Part shown: positions 21,716 to 29,898 of the stretch, in pieces | Layout: each line of letters starts with the position of its first letter | Numbering within the stretch: position 1 is the stretch's first letter | Source: Candidatus Saccharimonadia bacterium | GTDB taxonomy: Bacteria > Patescibacteriota > Saccharimonadia > UBA4664 > SCTI01 | Reading direction: 5' to 3' | Length of the DNA: 64,000 nt | Assembly (NCBI GenBank): GCA_046597065.1 | Contig: JBKJLI010000003.1 | Coordinates: forward strand, 2,807-66,806 | The notes under the pieces: generated by a model | What the model saw: the letters and a program-made list of their open reading frames with translations, nothing else | What the model was told of the DNA's origin: nothing | Database searches by the model: none | Translations under genes and position numbers: made by a program

Positions 21716-21963
21716 TATTGGCGATGCATGCAGCCAGCCCAGCAGCAAGGGCGACGCTTTCCCTCAATTAATTCCATGCGCGTTCGCTCAATATGATTTG
21801 CCCGCGTTTCCGGCCTTTTAACCGATATAGCCCAACAGATCCACTCATTTCGTGCCAGCGGCGTAAGATCTACCCAAGCCGTCCAAACGTCAGGGTCTGA
21901 CTTCAGGGCAACCCGTAAGTCTGTAGGAAGTTCGTGAACTGGCCCTGATTTAACTTTATTCAT
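21715..21963 (-). CDS. YdeI/OmpD-associated family protein (PF13376-like)
   Basis: C-terminal signature WVDLTPLARNEWICWAISVKRPETRANHIERT...GKRRPCCWAGCMHR matches the family pattern (PLAR.EWI.W...ETR..RI......GKRRPCCW.GC.HR). Confidence 0.55.
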   Translation of the reverse strand: MNKVKSGPVHELPTDLRVALKSDPDVWTAWVDLTPLARNEWICWAISVKRPETRANHIERTRMELIEGKRRPCCWAGCMHRQ

Positions 21964-22017
21964 ATAAACCCACCAGCTATAGACTTAGTTATTTCTGTAT
22001 ACGTATCCTAGCGGCAA

Positions 22018-22659
22018 CTATTTTACCAACAGGTACCCAACCATCCAGAATTCACCGATAGATGCTGGGATGACTAATAAATCTGTTGCGGCTTTTTGGT
22101 CTGGCCATAAAACCAAAATGAATGCCGCCAAAATGTACCCTATACCGCCTAAAATTAAAAAACCCGATAGTATCTTAGGCATCTTGGCTTTGTACACAAG
22201 ATAACCCATTGGCACCAGCCACAAGCCAAAGAACAAATTAGACACCAGCCATATGGTTTCGTGAGTATTAAAAAGTCTGTAGGCAGAAGCAGCCAAATCA
22301 CCAGAAGTTGCGGCGTTCAGTGCACTTAGCCAGAAAGCCGATGATATTAATATTGCCGTAGCATTAATTAGCCCAAAAGCAGCCAGTGTTCCTGCAGCAA
22401 ATTCGTTCGTCTTTTTGAAAAGCTTATAAAACCAAATTGCCGTTAGTGCCTGGAATACTACCAGAGCTAATTCAGCTGCAATCCCAATACGTGCCAGATT
22501 CTCTTTATCAATTAAGTTAGCTAAGGTTGCGGCTGCATTGCCATCTACATAAAGCTGATTTCTGGCAAATAGAAACGAAACCACCCCCGATAAGGCTAGC
22601 CCTAGATAAAATAATCCCGTTAAGCGCTTGGTCGTGAAGAATTTTTTTATACCGTTCAT
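22018..22659 (-). CDS. Polytopic membrane protein (DUF4386-like, hypothetical)
   Basis: 213 aa with 5-6 TM. Confidence 0.35.
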   Translation of the reverse strand: MNGIKKFFTTKRLTGLFYLGLALSGVVSFLFARNQLYVDGNAAATLANLIDKENLARIGIAAELALVVFQALTAIWFYKLFKKTNEFAAGTLAAFGLINATAILISSAFWLSALNAATSGDLAASAYRLFNTHETIWLVSNLFFGLWLVPMGYLVYKAKMPKILSGFLILGGIGYILAAFILVLWPDQKAATDLLVIPASIGEFWMVGYLLVK

Positions 22660-22750
22660 TGTTGATATATTAACAAAATTTTCTTAATAATTATTTAATC
22701 TTAGCTCGATGCTCCCAAGCCGTTATTGAAGCTAAAACTGCAATCGCTAA

Positions 22751-23143
22751 CTAATCTCGATTAACGCTGACCAGTTTTATAATTCCCCAGACTATTAATG
22801 CGTACACCAACATCGCTACAATAGTCGCCGTTTCGAATACCGAAACGCTAATATTTCCCTGGGTAGTTGGTGTAGTAAAAATACCCAGGAATGGGGTTAC
22901 AAAAGGTTTGCTAAAAGTATAAATTGAGCTTACAAAACTATTGGCCGAATTGGCTCCTAGCATTTTAAATACAAAACGAAGTCCAAGTATTACCTCTATT
23001 GCTCCCAGCAAAAGCCAAATGGAATTTACAATCGTCCGCTGTGTCCCTGCGCTGCTAGCCGTTGAAGTACTTTTTCGCACTACTTGGGTGTCGCCTTGCT
23101 GAGTCACTTCAGTCTGATTTACGGTTTCTTCTGTATCAGCCAT
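22751..23143 (-). CDS. Membrane protein with S/T-rich N-terminus (YggT-like, hypothetical)
   Basis: 130 aa with two to three TM. Weak resemblance to YggT/Ycf19 topology. Confidence 0.3.
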   Translation of the reverse strand: MADTEETVNQTEVTQQGDTQVVRKSTSTASSAGTQRTIVNSIWLLLGAIEVILGLRFVFKMLGANSANSFVSSIYTFSKPFVTPFLGIFTTPTTQGNISVSVFETATIVAMLVYALIVWGIIKLVSVNRD

Positions 23144-23233
23144 GTCACACTCCTTGGTTATAAAGTTTCTTAAACTCTAATATAATTATACTCCTGTTGG
23201 TAAAGAGTTAAATTAACCGAATTATCATTGCGG

Positions 23234-23479
23234 CTACTTATGGCTTTGTGAATGTTTTTGTTTTGCTAAGGCCAGCCAGCCCAGTGCATTGATTGTAATT
23301 GTTACGGCAGAAAACCACAGCGACAGACTTACGTAAGTGATCGCAAAAGTTATTAAGACGCCGGCTGTGATTAAGCTGGTACTAAATGCTGGTTTGTTTT
23401 CACTGCGTAACGATGGAACCAGTGCCAGCGAAAAAATTAACGAGCCGGCTGCCAAAACAAAATCTTGCCATTTATACAT
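23234..23479 (-). CDS. Small membrane protein (hypothetical, 3 TM)
   Basis: 81 aa hydrophobic ORF lying immediately upstream of, and opposite in orientation to, the ABC-F gene (23545..25200). Confidence 0.3.
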   Translation of the reverse strand: MYKWQDFVLAAGSLIFSLALVPSLRSENKPAFSTSLITAGVLITFAITYVSLSLWFSAVTITINALGWLALAKQKHSQSHK

Positions 23480-23544
23480 GCCCTAATCATATCAAAAGCG
23501 ACTGGCGGGGTTCCTGCCATATAACCTGTGATAAGATTACGGCT

Positions 23545-25200
23545 ATGATTCTGGGTGTCGACATCGCGGAAAAAACGATTGGCGCCAAGGAACTTTTCCG
23601 AGGGCTAGAGTTTAGGTTGGAATTAGGCGAAAAGGTCGCTATCATCGGCCGCAATGGCGTTGGCAAAACAACATTGTTTAACATGCTTGCTGGCAACGAT
23701 AAAATTTTTATCGGCGAGGTCAAGGGTAGGCGCGGGCTTCGAATCGCCGCCACCAAACAAGAATTTCACGGCACTGGCGAGGTGACCTGCTACGACTATA
23801 TCTTGGACAATATTCCGGAATTCAGGGTACTACAAAAGATAATCGATGCATATCCTGAAAGCAAAGATCATAGCCAAAAAAATATCGCTGCTTATACCGA
23901 CGCCTTAGAGCGATTTTCGCAGCTCGATTACTTTTCTATTAAAGACAGAGTTTTTAATGCATTAGCGGTATACCAAATTGGACCCGAAGCGGCATTACAG
24001 CGGTTTAAAAACCTTTCTGGCGGACAAAAGCGGTTCGCCGATTTAGTGCGAGTAGAGCTATCTTACTCCGATCTGGCACTTGTAGATGAACCTACCAACC
24101 ACATGGACTATGTGGGCAAAGCAGCCTTTATTAACTGGCTCAATGATTCCTCACACGCTGTAGCGGTTATCACCCATGATCGCGACGTGCTTGCCAATGT
24201 CGACCGCATAATCGAGATTAAAGACAAGAAAGCCTACAGCTTTAATGGCAACTATCATGAGTATTTACGGCTTAATAACAGTTCAACGGTCGATAAAATT
24301 ACCGACTACGAAACCGGCCAGCGAACCCTAGATAATCTTTATAAGCAGTTAATAGCCGCTAAAACTAAAAAGTTAAACGCCAGCTCTGACTCGGCCAAAA
24401 AGTTTCGGATTATGGAGGATCGACTGCAACGGCAGTATGATGATTTGAAAGCTCAAGTCTCTAGGCCCGATTTCTGGATCGACCAAGAAAATGTCGCCAT
24501 GATGCCTGGCAAGGTTTCCGAAAAATATCATAAATATAAATCCAAAAATATCCGCATACTTGGTCATCAGGGCATCGATTCAATTCACGAATTACTCCGA
24601 ATTAATGGCCTTTCCCTTGGTTACGATCACCCACTCTTTGATTACGTTAGTTGTAATGTTTCCTCTGGAAGCCAAATTCAAATAAAAGGCCGCAATGGCG
24701 CTGGCAAAACAACCTTGGTCCGAGCCATTATTGCTGCATCCACTAGCGAAACTCCCCCATCTACTACCTTTGCGGGAGAGATCTTGCCTCATAAAAAAAT
24801 CAAAGTGGGTTTTTACGAACAGGAAATCAGCGAGCATTACTTACGCCTAACGCTTGCCGACGCAATTAAACAGACCTACCACGATAAGGACGTGCCAATC
24901 AATGACCAAAAGGTTAAGCAGATAATGGCCGACTACTTATTCGATCCTCAAATCGATGGCAGGCTTAGGGTAGAGCAGCTTTCGGGTGGGCAAAAAGCCC
25001 GTTTGCAAATAATTAAGATGCTTTGCAATAAACCGAATCTACTCATTCTGGACGAACCTACTAATCACCTAGACCTGCCTTCGGTAGAAGAGCTAGAAAA
25101 CGCCCTCACCAAGTATGATGGAGCAATAATCTTTGTGTCACACGACACCTTTTTTGCCAAAAACTTTGACGCCGAAGTCATTCAAATTGGGGAACAGTAA
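23545..25200 (+). CDS. ABC-F family ATPase (tandem ABC domains, no TMD). Likely ribosome-associated translation factor or ARE-type protein.
   Basis: Two NBDs (GRNGVGKTT...LSGGQKR...LVDEPTNHMD and GRNGAGKTT...LSGGQKARL...ILDEPTNHLD) with an inter-domain linker. The real start is probably ATG ~23545 (MILGVDIAEK...), not the track start at 23386. Confidence 0.85.
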   Translation: MILGVDIAEKTIGAKELFRGLEFRLELGEKVAIIGRNGVGKTTLFNMLAGNDKIFIGEVKGRRGLRIAATKQEFHGTGEVTCYDYILDNIPEFRVLQKIIDAYPESKDHSQKNIAAYTDALERFSQLDYFSIKDRVFNALAVYQIGPEAALQRFKNLSGGQKRFADLVRVELSYSDLALVDEPTNHMDYVGKAAFINWLNDSSHAVAVITHDRDVLANVDRIIEIKDKKAYSFNGNYHEYLRLNNSSTVDKITDYETGQRTLDNLYKQLIAAKTKKLNASSDSAKKFRIMEDRLQRQYDDLKAQVSRPDFWIDQENVAMMPGKVSEKYHKYKSKNIRILGHQGIDSIHELLRINGLSLGYDHPLFDYVSCNVSSGSQIQIKGRNGAGKTTLVRAIIAASTSETPPSTTFAGEILPHKKIKVGFYEQEISEHYLRLTLADAIKQTYHDKDVPINDQKVKQIMADYLFDPQIDGRLRVEQLSGGQKARLQIIKMLCNKPNLLILDEPTNHLDLPSVEELENALTKYDGAIIFVSHDTFFAKNFDAEVIQIGEQ

Positions 25201-25238
25201 TTAACTTTTTATGTTTATGATAGCTAGAACTGCCATAT

Positions 25239-25627
25239 TTATTTCAGCTTGAAGTCGAAAACCAAAAATGGATCGTCATCCTCGATCTTACGTCCAATAT
25301 AATCATAGTATCCCGATAGAACTTCACGCTGATGCTCTTTATCCTTATATGATTCATGTGTGCCTGTTTTGATGGGTATATTTTTAAAAATGGTCGTGGA
25401 TTTATCTTCAATCTTGGCCTTACCGACAATCTCCTTTGTGTCAGAGTTTTGAATGCTTACATTGTCTCCTACCTCGAGGTAGTCATATTTATTGCCGAAT
25501 CTGTACGTGGTTAGCTTCTTTTGCTCAAGGATAAATCGCACCAGCTCCGGCGCAAATGGAATTACATAAGCATCTGGACTGTACTCAGTAGGATTTATGG
25601 ATGTAGTATCCGGTACTCGGTAATTCA
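25239..25627 (-). CDS. ASCH (PUA-like) domain protein
   Basis: APELVRFILEQKKLTTYRF fits the ASCH signature (..I..G.KT.E.R). The start is probably the internal ATG ~25627 (MNYRVP...), because the conserved leader module occupies 25628-25686. Confidence 0.5.
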
Positions 25628-25686
25628 TGACCCCATGATAACAAAAACGACCTTTCGGTCGTTTAAGCATAAGTGCAATGGCTCAC
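25628..25686 (-). repeat. Leader module copy R5 (GAGCCATTGCACTTATGCTT-AAACGACC-GAAA-GGTCGTTT-TTGTTATCATGGGG)
   Basis: Shares the tRNA-Asn 3' flank sequence and the hairpin with R1-R3. Sequence is written on the minus strand. Confidence 0.7.
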
Positions 25687-25706
25687 CCTAAGGGACGATT
25701 TTCAAA

Positions 25707-26111
25707 CTATAATGACGGTCCAAGCCAATTACTGGGGATAGCATACTTCTCAACTGTACCAGCTGGAACATCACCGTTACCTTCAAAAATAATTGTCCAA
25801 GCGCCGTTCTGTTTTGATAAATAAATGTGACCGCCGCCGCCCTCTCCATTGGTCACTACATGCGCCAAGCTTGACTCCTTGTTCTCAATCTTGCAGTTAG
25901 TATTGCCCGTGCACTTTGCTGCTTTAAGAATTTGGTCGTCTTCACTTAAATTATTCTTAGTTTCGACTGCTTTAACTACAGTTTTTGTTGAATCATTGGC
26001 GACCTGACGTGCGGTATAAACGTATACTCCTCCGCCAACTAGCAAACTAGCTAGGAGGACAAATAATACTACTTCTAATCCGGAGAATCCTTTTTGATTG
26101 AGTTTTTTCAT
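25707..26111 (-). CDS. Type IV prepilin-like N-terminal domain protein (small pseudopilin/pilin)
   Basis: N-terminus MKKLNQKGFSGLEVVLFVLLASLLVGGG carries the class III signal G|FxxxE with Glu at +5, followed by a hydrophobic helix. Confidence 0.5.
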   Translation of the reverse strand: MKKLNQKGFSGLEVVLFVLLASLLVGGGVYVYTARQVANDSTKTVVKAVETKNNLSEDDQILKAAKCTGNTNCKIENKESSLAHVVTNGEGGGGHIYLSKQNGAWTIIFEGNGDVPAGTVEKYAIPSNWLGPSL

Positions 26112-26191
26112 GAGTGCTCGCCTGTTTTGAACTAAGAGTAGCTAAAAATAAGCATAAGTGCAATGGCTCCGAGTGGTAATGGAAGTTAGAA
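26112..26191 (-). repeat. Leader module copy R4 (GGAGCCATTGCACTTATGCTTA..., hairpin replaced by unrelated sequence)
   Basis: Conserved GTTAGAACT boundary motif at the upstream stop and CGGAGCCATTGCACTTATGCTT core. The hairpin portion is absent. Confidence 0.6.
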
Positions 26192-27010
26192 CTAGTATCC
26201 AGGGTGATCAGGAAACAACGGGTCAACGAGGCGAGCGGCCGTTAAAAGCTCTTTATCGCTAAACTTTTTCCGAATTACTTTTTCCCAACCCTCACCACTA
26301 TTACTCGGGTCGGCTGGACTAACCGATCTTTTCCAATCTAAATGCTCGGATAGCTTGTTATCTTCTGGGTTACGACGGGTGTAGTGCAGGACTTGGCAAT
26401 TAAAGATTTTTACTCCCGGCTCCTTTGATTTATCCATTTCTACCCACTGCTCAATTGTCATACGCTCAAGAATAAAGCGAAACGCAGACATAACCTCACC
26501 ATGGCACACAATTATCACTCGCTTGTCTGAGCATTCACGGTGAAGTGTATTGAGGATTGGGCGCAGGCGATTGGTAAGTTGGGCGATTGACTCACCGTTG
26601 GGAGGAATCCAATAAAATGGGTCTGTGTCCCTCTGTTTTAACGACTCTTCAGACAAATGCAGGCGCTCTTCCGGCGGCTTACTGTCAAAATCACCCCATT
26701 CTCTTTCTCTCAATAGTGGCTCAACAAACCAGTTTGGACCATCAATTTCAAGCAATCCCGCCGTCTCCACAGCTCGGGTGTAGGTTGAAACGTATCGGCG
26801 GTCGAAGAAGCCAAGTTCATTATCTTTAAGCCACCCGCCGGCTTTTTTTGCCTGTGTCCTTCCTTTAACTGTAAGTCGGTGCTGCGAGCCGTGACGACTT
26901 CGGAATGCCTTTGTATATAAACTGCTATCACCCTTCTTGGCAAAATGGGATGCCAGGTTTTGTTCAGATTGGCCGTGGCGAACAAGAATTAAGTCAATTG
27001 GCATTGCCAT
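26192..27010 (-). CDS. Histidine phosphatase superfamily (branch 1, phosphoglycerate-mutase-like) protein
   Basis: LILVRHGQSEQN (RHG catalytic motif) and a later IIVCHGEVM (catalytic His). Confidence 0.7.
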   Translation of the reverse strand: MAMPIDLILVRHGQSEQNLASHFAKKGDSSLYTKAFRSRHGSQHRLTVKGRTQAKKAGGWLKDNELGFFDRRYVSTYTRAVETAGLLEIDGPNWFVEPLLREREWGDFDSKPPEERLHLSEESLKQRDTDPFYWIPPNGESIAQLTNRLRPILNTLHRECSDKRVIIVCHGEVMSAFRFILERMTIEQWVEMDKSKEPGVKIFNCQVLHYTRRNPEDNKLSEHLDWKRSVSPADPSNSGEGWEKVIRKKFSDKELLTAARLVDPLFPDHPGY

Positions 27011-27104
27011 GTTTAATACTCCCTACTCCCATCATAACAAAAACGACACTTTCAAGTCGTTTAAGTATAAGTGCAATGGCTCCGGTTCCTACAGGATGTT
27101 AGAA
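27011..27104 (-). repeat. Leader module copy R3 (AGTTCTAAC...CCGGAGCCATTGCACTTATACTT-AAACGACTT-GAAA-GTGTCGTTT-TTGTTATGATGGGAGTAGGGAG...)
   Basis: Near-identical to the tRNA-proximal copy R1. Includes a GGGAG RBS 10 nt before the ATG. Confidence 0.75.
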
Positions 27105-27641
27105 CTATTCACTCAGGTGTTTGAGCAAAAATACCGCCGAGTTACCGTACCCGTATTGATAATCGTTAATCCTACCTGCGTTCTGGTACCCGTTCTTTGC
27201 ATAAAAATGGATAACCTTTTCATCGTCTTCATTAGTATAAACAAACATCTTGGTAGCGCTTCGCCCACGAGCTATCTGTTCAGTTGCTTCCAGTAAAAGA
27301 CTCCCAGCTCCCTGGCCGGCAAATTCTGGTTCAATGGCCATTATTACGATTACCCACTTCTCCTCGCCCTCTAAACCATTTATGGGGCTTTCTTGCTGGG
27401 TGTAAACAAAGCCAATAGTTCTGCCATTATTCAAGATGACTACGCATGCTCCACGGTTTGCGCGGATTTGCGCTGCCATTTCGTCAAAAGAGAACCATTC
27501 CGAAATGTTTGCGTCTGACGTTTTCCCGAAGGCACGCTCTGCTATGCTACGAAGTTCTGACATTTGATTATCCGACTTGAGAAGTTCTGTGTGCATACAT
27601 AAATGATACCAAAAAACGACCCTCTTGAGTCGTTTAAGCAT
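27105..27641 (-). CDS. GNAT-family N-acetyltransferase
   Basis: The acetyl-CoA binding region (EPEFAGQGAGSLLLEATEQIAR) is diagnostic of GNAT and occurs with other conserved blocks. The biological start is probably the internal ATG ~27563 (MSELRSIAER...), since the first 26 codons of the track ORF translate the leader-module hairpin. Confidence 0.65.
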   Translation of the reverse strand: MLKRLKRVVFWYHLCMHTELLKSDNQMSELRSIAERAFGKTSDANISEWFSFDEMAAQIRANRGACVVILNNGRTIGFVYTQQESPINGLEGEEKWVIVIMAIEPEFAGQGAGSLLLEATEQIARGRSATKMFVYTNEDDEKVIHFYAKNGYQNAGRINDYQYGYGNSAVFLLKHLSE

Positions 27642-27671
27642 AAGTGTAATGGTTCCTGGTGGTGATGGAAG
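27564..27671 (-). repeat. Leader module copy R2 (AGTTCTAACTTCCATCACCACCAGGAACCATTACACTTATGCTT-AAACGACTC-AAGA-GGGTCGTTT-TTTGG...)
   Basis: Same module with 2-3 substitutions in the tRNA-derived core (GGAACCATTACAC) and loop AAGA. Confidence 0.7.
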
Positions 27672-28328
27672 TTAGAACTTTAGCAGCTGTCTAACTTTCG
27701 GCATGACTTTACTGTATATAAATTCATGGCCATCATCATTTGGGTGGACGCCATCAATTAATAACGCCTCTTCGCCCTTTGCTTTAAACTCATCGTAAAT
27801 TCTGATGCAGGGAATATGATTTTCTCTACATACCGCATGGAGTATTATATTAAATTTCGTTATGCGATCATTATCATAACATTTACCCGTAGAGGAGCTC
27901 TCAAGCGGAGTAGTTTTCCCCTCGTCCACCGGAGGAATCTCGATAAAAAAGATGTTTCTATCACTATATTCTTTAGCCCTAGCCACCAATTTATTGAGCG
28001 AATTTCGATACTCTTCTTCGCTGGTCTCATACTCAATTTTACTTAGGTGTTGCTTCCGATGAAGGGAATCGTTTGTCCCCGTTGCGAATATAAATGCATA
28101 CTCTTCTCCATCCCATAGCCTAGCCTTGGTTTCGTTATCAAATCTTTCTAGAATAAGCTCGGCTGTATTCCCGTCAACACCAAGACTAAACACCTTGTTA
28201 TAGTCTTTTATACCGTTGTCGACTTCGTAGGCTTGGACTGCAGCCTTTACCCTATCGGCCCAACCACCCTTACTATCCCAAAGGCCCTGAGTAATACTGT
28301 CACCGTAAATAAATATGATCATACCCAC
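27672..28328 (-). CDS. SGNH/GDSL-family hydrolase (lipase/esterase/acyl-esterase-like)
   Basis: IFIYGDSITQG (GDS block I), a Gly-containing block, and a C-terminal DGVHPNDDGHEF (DxxH catalytic pair). The track start is GTG (28328). ATG at ~28322 (MIIFIYGDS...) is equally plausible. Confidence 0.7.
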   Translation of the reverse strand: MGMIIFIYGDSITQGLWDSKGGWADRVKAAVQAYEVDNGIKDYNKVFSLGVDGNTAELILERFDNETKARLWDGEEYAFIFATGTNDSLHRKQHLSKIEYETSEEEYRNSLNKLVARAKEYSDRNIFFIEIPPVDEGKTTPLESSSTGKCYDNDRITKFNIILHAVCRENHIPCIRIYDEFKAKGEEALLIDGVHPNDDGHEFIYSKVMPKVRQLLKF

Positions 28329-28374
28329 ATCATAACAAAAACGACCCTTTCGAGTCGTTTAAGTATAAGTGCAA
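28323..28374 (-). repeat. Leader module copy R1, the native tRNA-Asn 3' flank (TTGCACTTATACTT-AAACGACTC-GAAA-GGGTCGTTT-TTGTTATGATGTGGGT)
   Basis: Directly contiguous with the tRNA 3' end (...CCCCGGAGCCA). Hairpin is a 9-bp stem with GAAA (GNRA) loop followed by UUUUUGUU. Confidence 0.75.
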
Positions 28375-28449
28375 TGGCTCCGGGGGCCGGACTCGAACCG
28401 GCAACCTACTGATTAACAGTCAGTTGCTCTACCATTGAGCTACCCCGGA
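28375..28449 (-). tRNA. tRNA-Asn (anticodon GTT), CCA-encoded
   Basis: Minus-strand sequence TCCGGGG-TA-GCTC-AATGGTA-GAGC-A-ACTGA-CTGTTAA-TCAGT-AGGTT-GCCGG-TTCGAGT-CCGGC-CCCCGGA-G-CCA. It has a 7-bp acceptor, D stem GCTC/GAGC, anticodon loop CU-GUU-AA, T loop TTCGAGT and 75 nt. Confidence 0.9.
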
Positions 28450-28451
28450 AT

Positions 28452-28520
28452 AGTACCTAAGTACTCCGAAAGTATACTTCTCGAGACTCAACCTGGTCAA
28501 ATCTCAATCATAGGGGTATG
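28452..28520 (-). promoter_or_regulatory. Putative tRNA-Asn promoter (-35 TTGACC, 18-nt spacer, -10 TATACT) with an AGTAC-N4-GTACT inverted repeat between the -10 and the tRNA 5' end
   Basis: Minus-strand sequence is TTGACCAGGTTGAGTCTCGAGAAGTATACTTTCGGAGTACTTAGGTACTATT followed by the tRNA. The same 80-nt gap must also hold the plus-strand cfa promoter. Confidence 0.35.
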
Positions 28521-28531
28521 CTAAATGCATT

Positions 28532-29710
28532 ATGATCGAAAAACAGCTATTTGGAGCCATTCTCTCCCGCATAAAGGTTGGCGCACTTAAAGTTACCTAC
28601 TGGGACGGCAGCACCATTACCTACGGCAATGCCAAACCGGATGTTCATATTACCTTTAAGAACGTTCAAGCTGCTCGAGCGATTTTAAAAAACATGAGCC
28701 TTGGCTTTGGCGAAGGTTACATGAACGGCGATATTGAAATTAAGGGCCCCCTGGATCACGTTGGTAAGATTATCAGCGAAAACCAAAAGGCCTTTAGCCG
28801 ACTGATGATTTCGCGACTTACTAGCATTAAGGTGCCCAACACTCGCAGTCGCCAAAAGGCGCAAATTCAGCACCACTACGACTTAGGAAACCAGTTTTAT
28901 AAGCTATGGCTAGACCGATCAATGACGTATAGTTGTGCATATTTTAAAAAAGATACCGACAGCTTAGAAGTAGCTCAAGACCAAAAACGCCAGCACTTAC
29001 TACGCAAGCTGCAGCTTAAGCCGGGCATGACCTTGCTAGATATTGGAAGCGGCTGGGGCGAGCTACTATTTACTGCTGCTAAAGATTATGGCATCACCGG
29101 CATGGGTGTAACTTTAAGCGCCGAACAGTACAAGCACTGTATCGACAAAGCCAATAAACTTGGGCTCGACGATAAGATTAAGTTTGAACTGATTAATTAC
29201 CAAGATCTGGCCGAGCGAAAAAATGTTCAGTTCGATCGAGTGATCAGCGTGGGCATGTTCGAACACGTTGGAAAGCGCAACCAAAGCCAGTACTTTGGCG
29301 CCGTAGATAAGCTGTTAAAGCTTGGCGGCATATCGGTCTTGCACACCATCTTCGTTGCCCGTGATCCCGGCAACGACCCTTGGATTGATAAGTATGTTTT
29401 CCCCGGTGGCTACCTGCCTGAACTCGCCGAAATATCGCGTTCGATGGCCGAACGTGACATGCACATGGTTGATTTAGAAAGTCTGCGCCTGCACTATGCC
29501 ATGACACTGGATGAGTGGTGGAAGCGCTATGAAACCCATAAGGCTGATGTTATTAAAATGTATGATAAGCGCTTTTACCGTATGTGGCGGTTTTGGTTGC
29601 AAATGTCGTCTGCTGGGTTCCGTTACGGCAACCTAGACCTGGGGCAGATTGTATTTACCAAGGGAATAAACAATGCTCTCCCACTAACGAGAGAGCATTG
29701 GTACAAGTAA
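28532..29710 (+). CDS. cfa: Cyclopropane-fatty-acyl-phospholipid synthase (SAM-dependent)
   Basis: CMAS-family blocks: LLDIGSGWGEL (SAM motif I), DRVISVGMFEHVG, YLPEL, and a conserved C-terminal region. Confidence 0.85.
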   Translation: MIEKQLFGAILSRIKVGALKVTYWDGSTITYGNAKPDVHITFKNVQAARAILKNMSLGFGEGYMNGDIEIKGPLDHVGKIISENQKAFSRLMISRLTSIKVPNTRSRQKAQIQHHYDLGNQFYKLWLDRSMTYSCAYFKKDTDSLEVAQDQKRQHLLRKLQLKPGMTLLDIGSGWGELLFTAAKDYGITGMGVTLSAEQYKHCIDKANKLGLDDKIKFELINYQDLAERKNVQFDRVISVGMFEHVGKRNQSQYFGAVDKLLKLGGISVLHTIFVARDPGNDPWIDKYVFPGGYLPELAEISRSMAERDMHMVDLESLRLHYAMTLDEWWKRYETHKADVIKMYDKRFYRMWRFWLQMSSAGFRYGNLDLGQIVFTKGINNALPLTREHWYK

Positions 29711-29898
29711 CTCTTACCACAACGAACCGGTTAGCCTTACTTAACGTTTAATATTTTTGTGAAATTAGCACCGGTGCCATAGCACGCGGTTCAAACACTT
29801 CAAATGTGTACGAAAACAGATACTTGCGGTAACTTTTTCGCAGTTTTCGTTTGCTCATTTCCTTCCCCCTTTGTTTTTAGTTTCCGGACCGTAATAGT

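Noticed and set aside
25228-28450. Integron interpretation of the cassette array (attC sites, cassette promoter Pc)
   Set aside because: No intI gene. The conserved boundary motif GTTAGAACT/AGTTCTAAC does not fit the attC core GTTRRRY/RYYYAAC. The repeats are direct copies of a tRNA flank rather than imperfect inverted R''-L''/L'-R' structures.
25228-28450. Classical tRNA-integrated genomic island or prophage
   Set aside because: No integrase, excisionase, phage or conjugation genes within the window on the tRNA 3' side. Each repeat-bounded unit is a single 0.4-0.9 kb gene.
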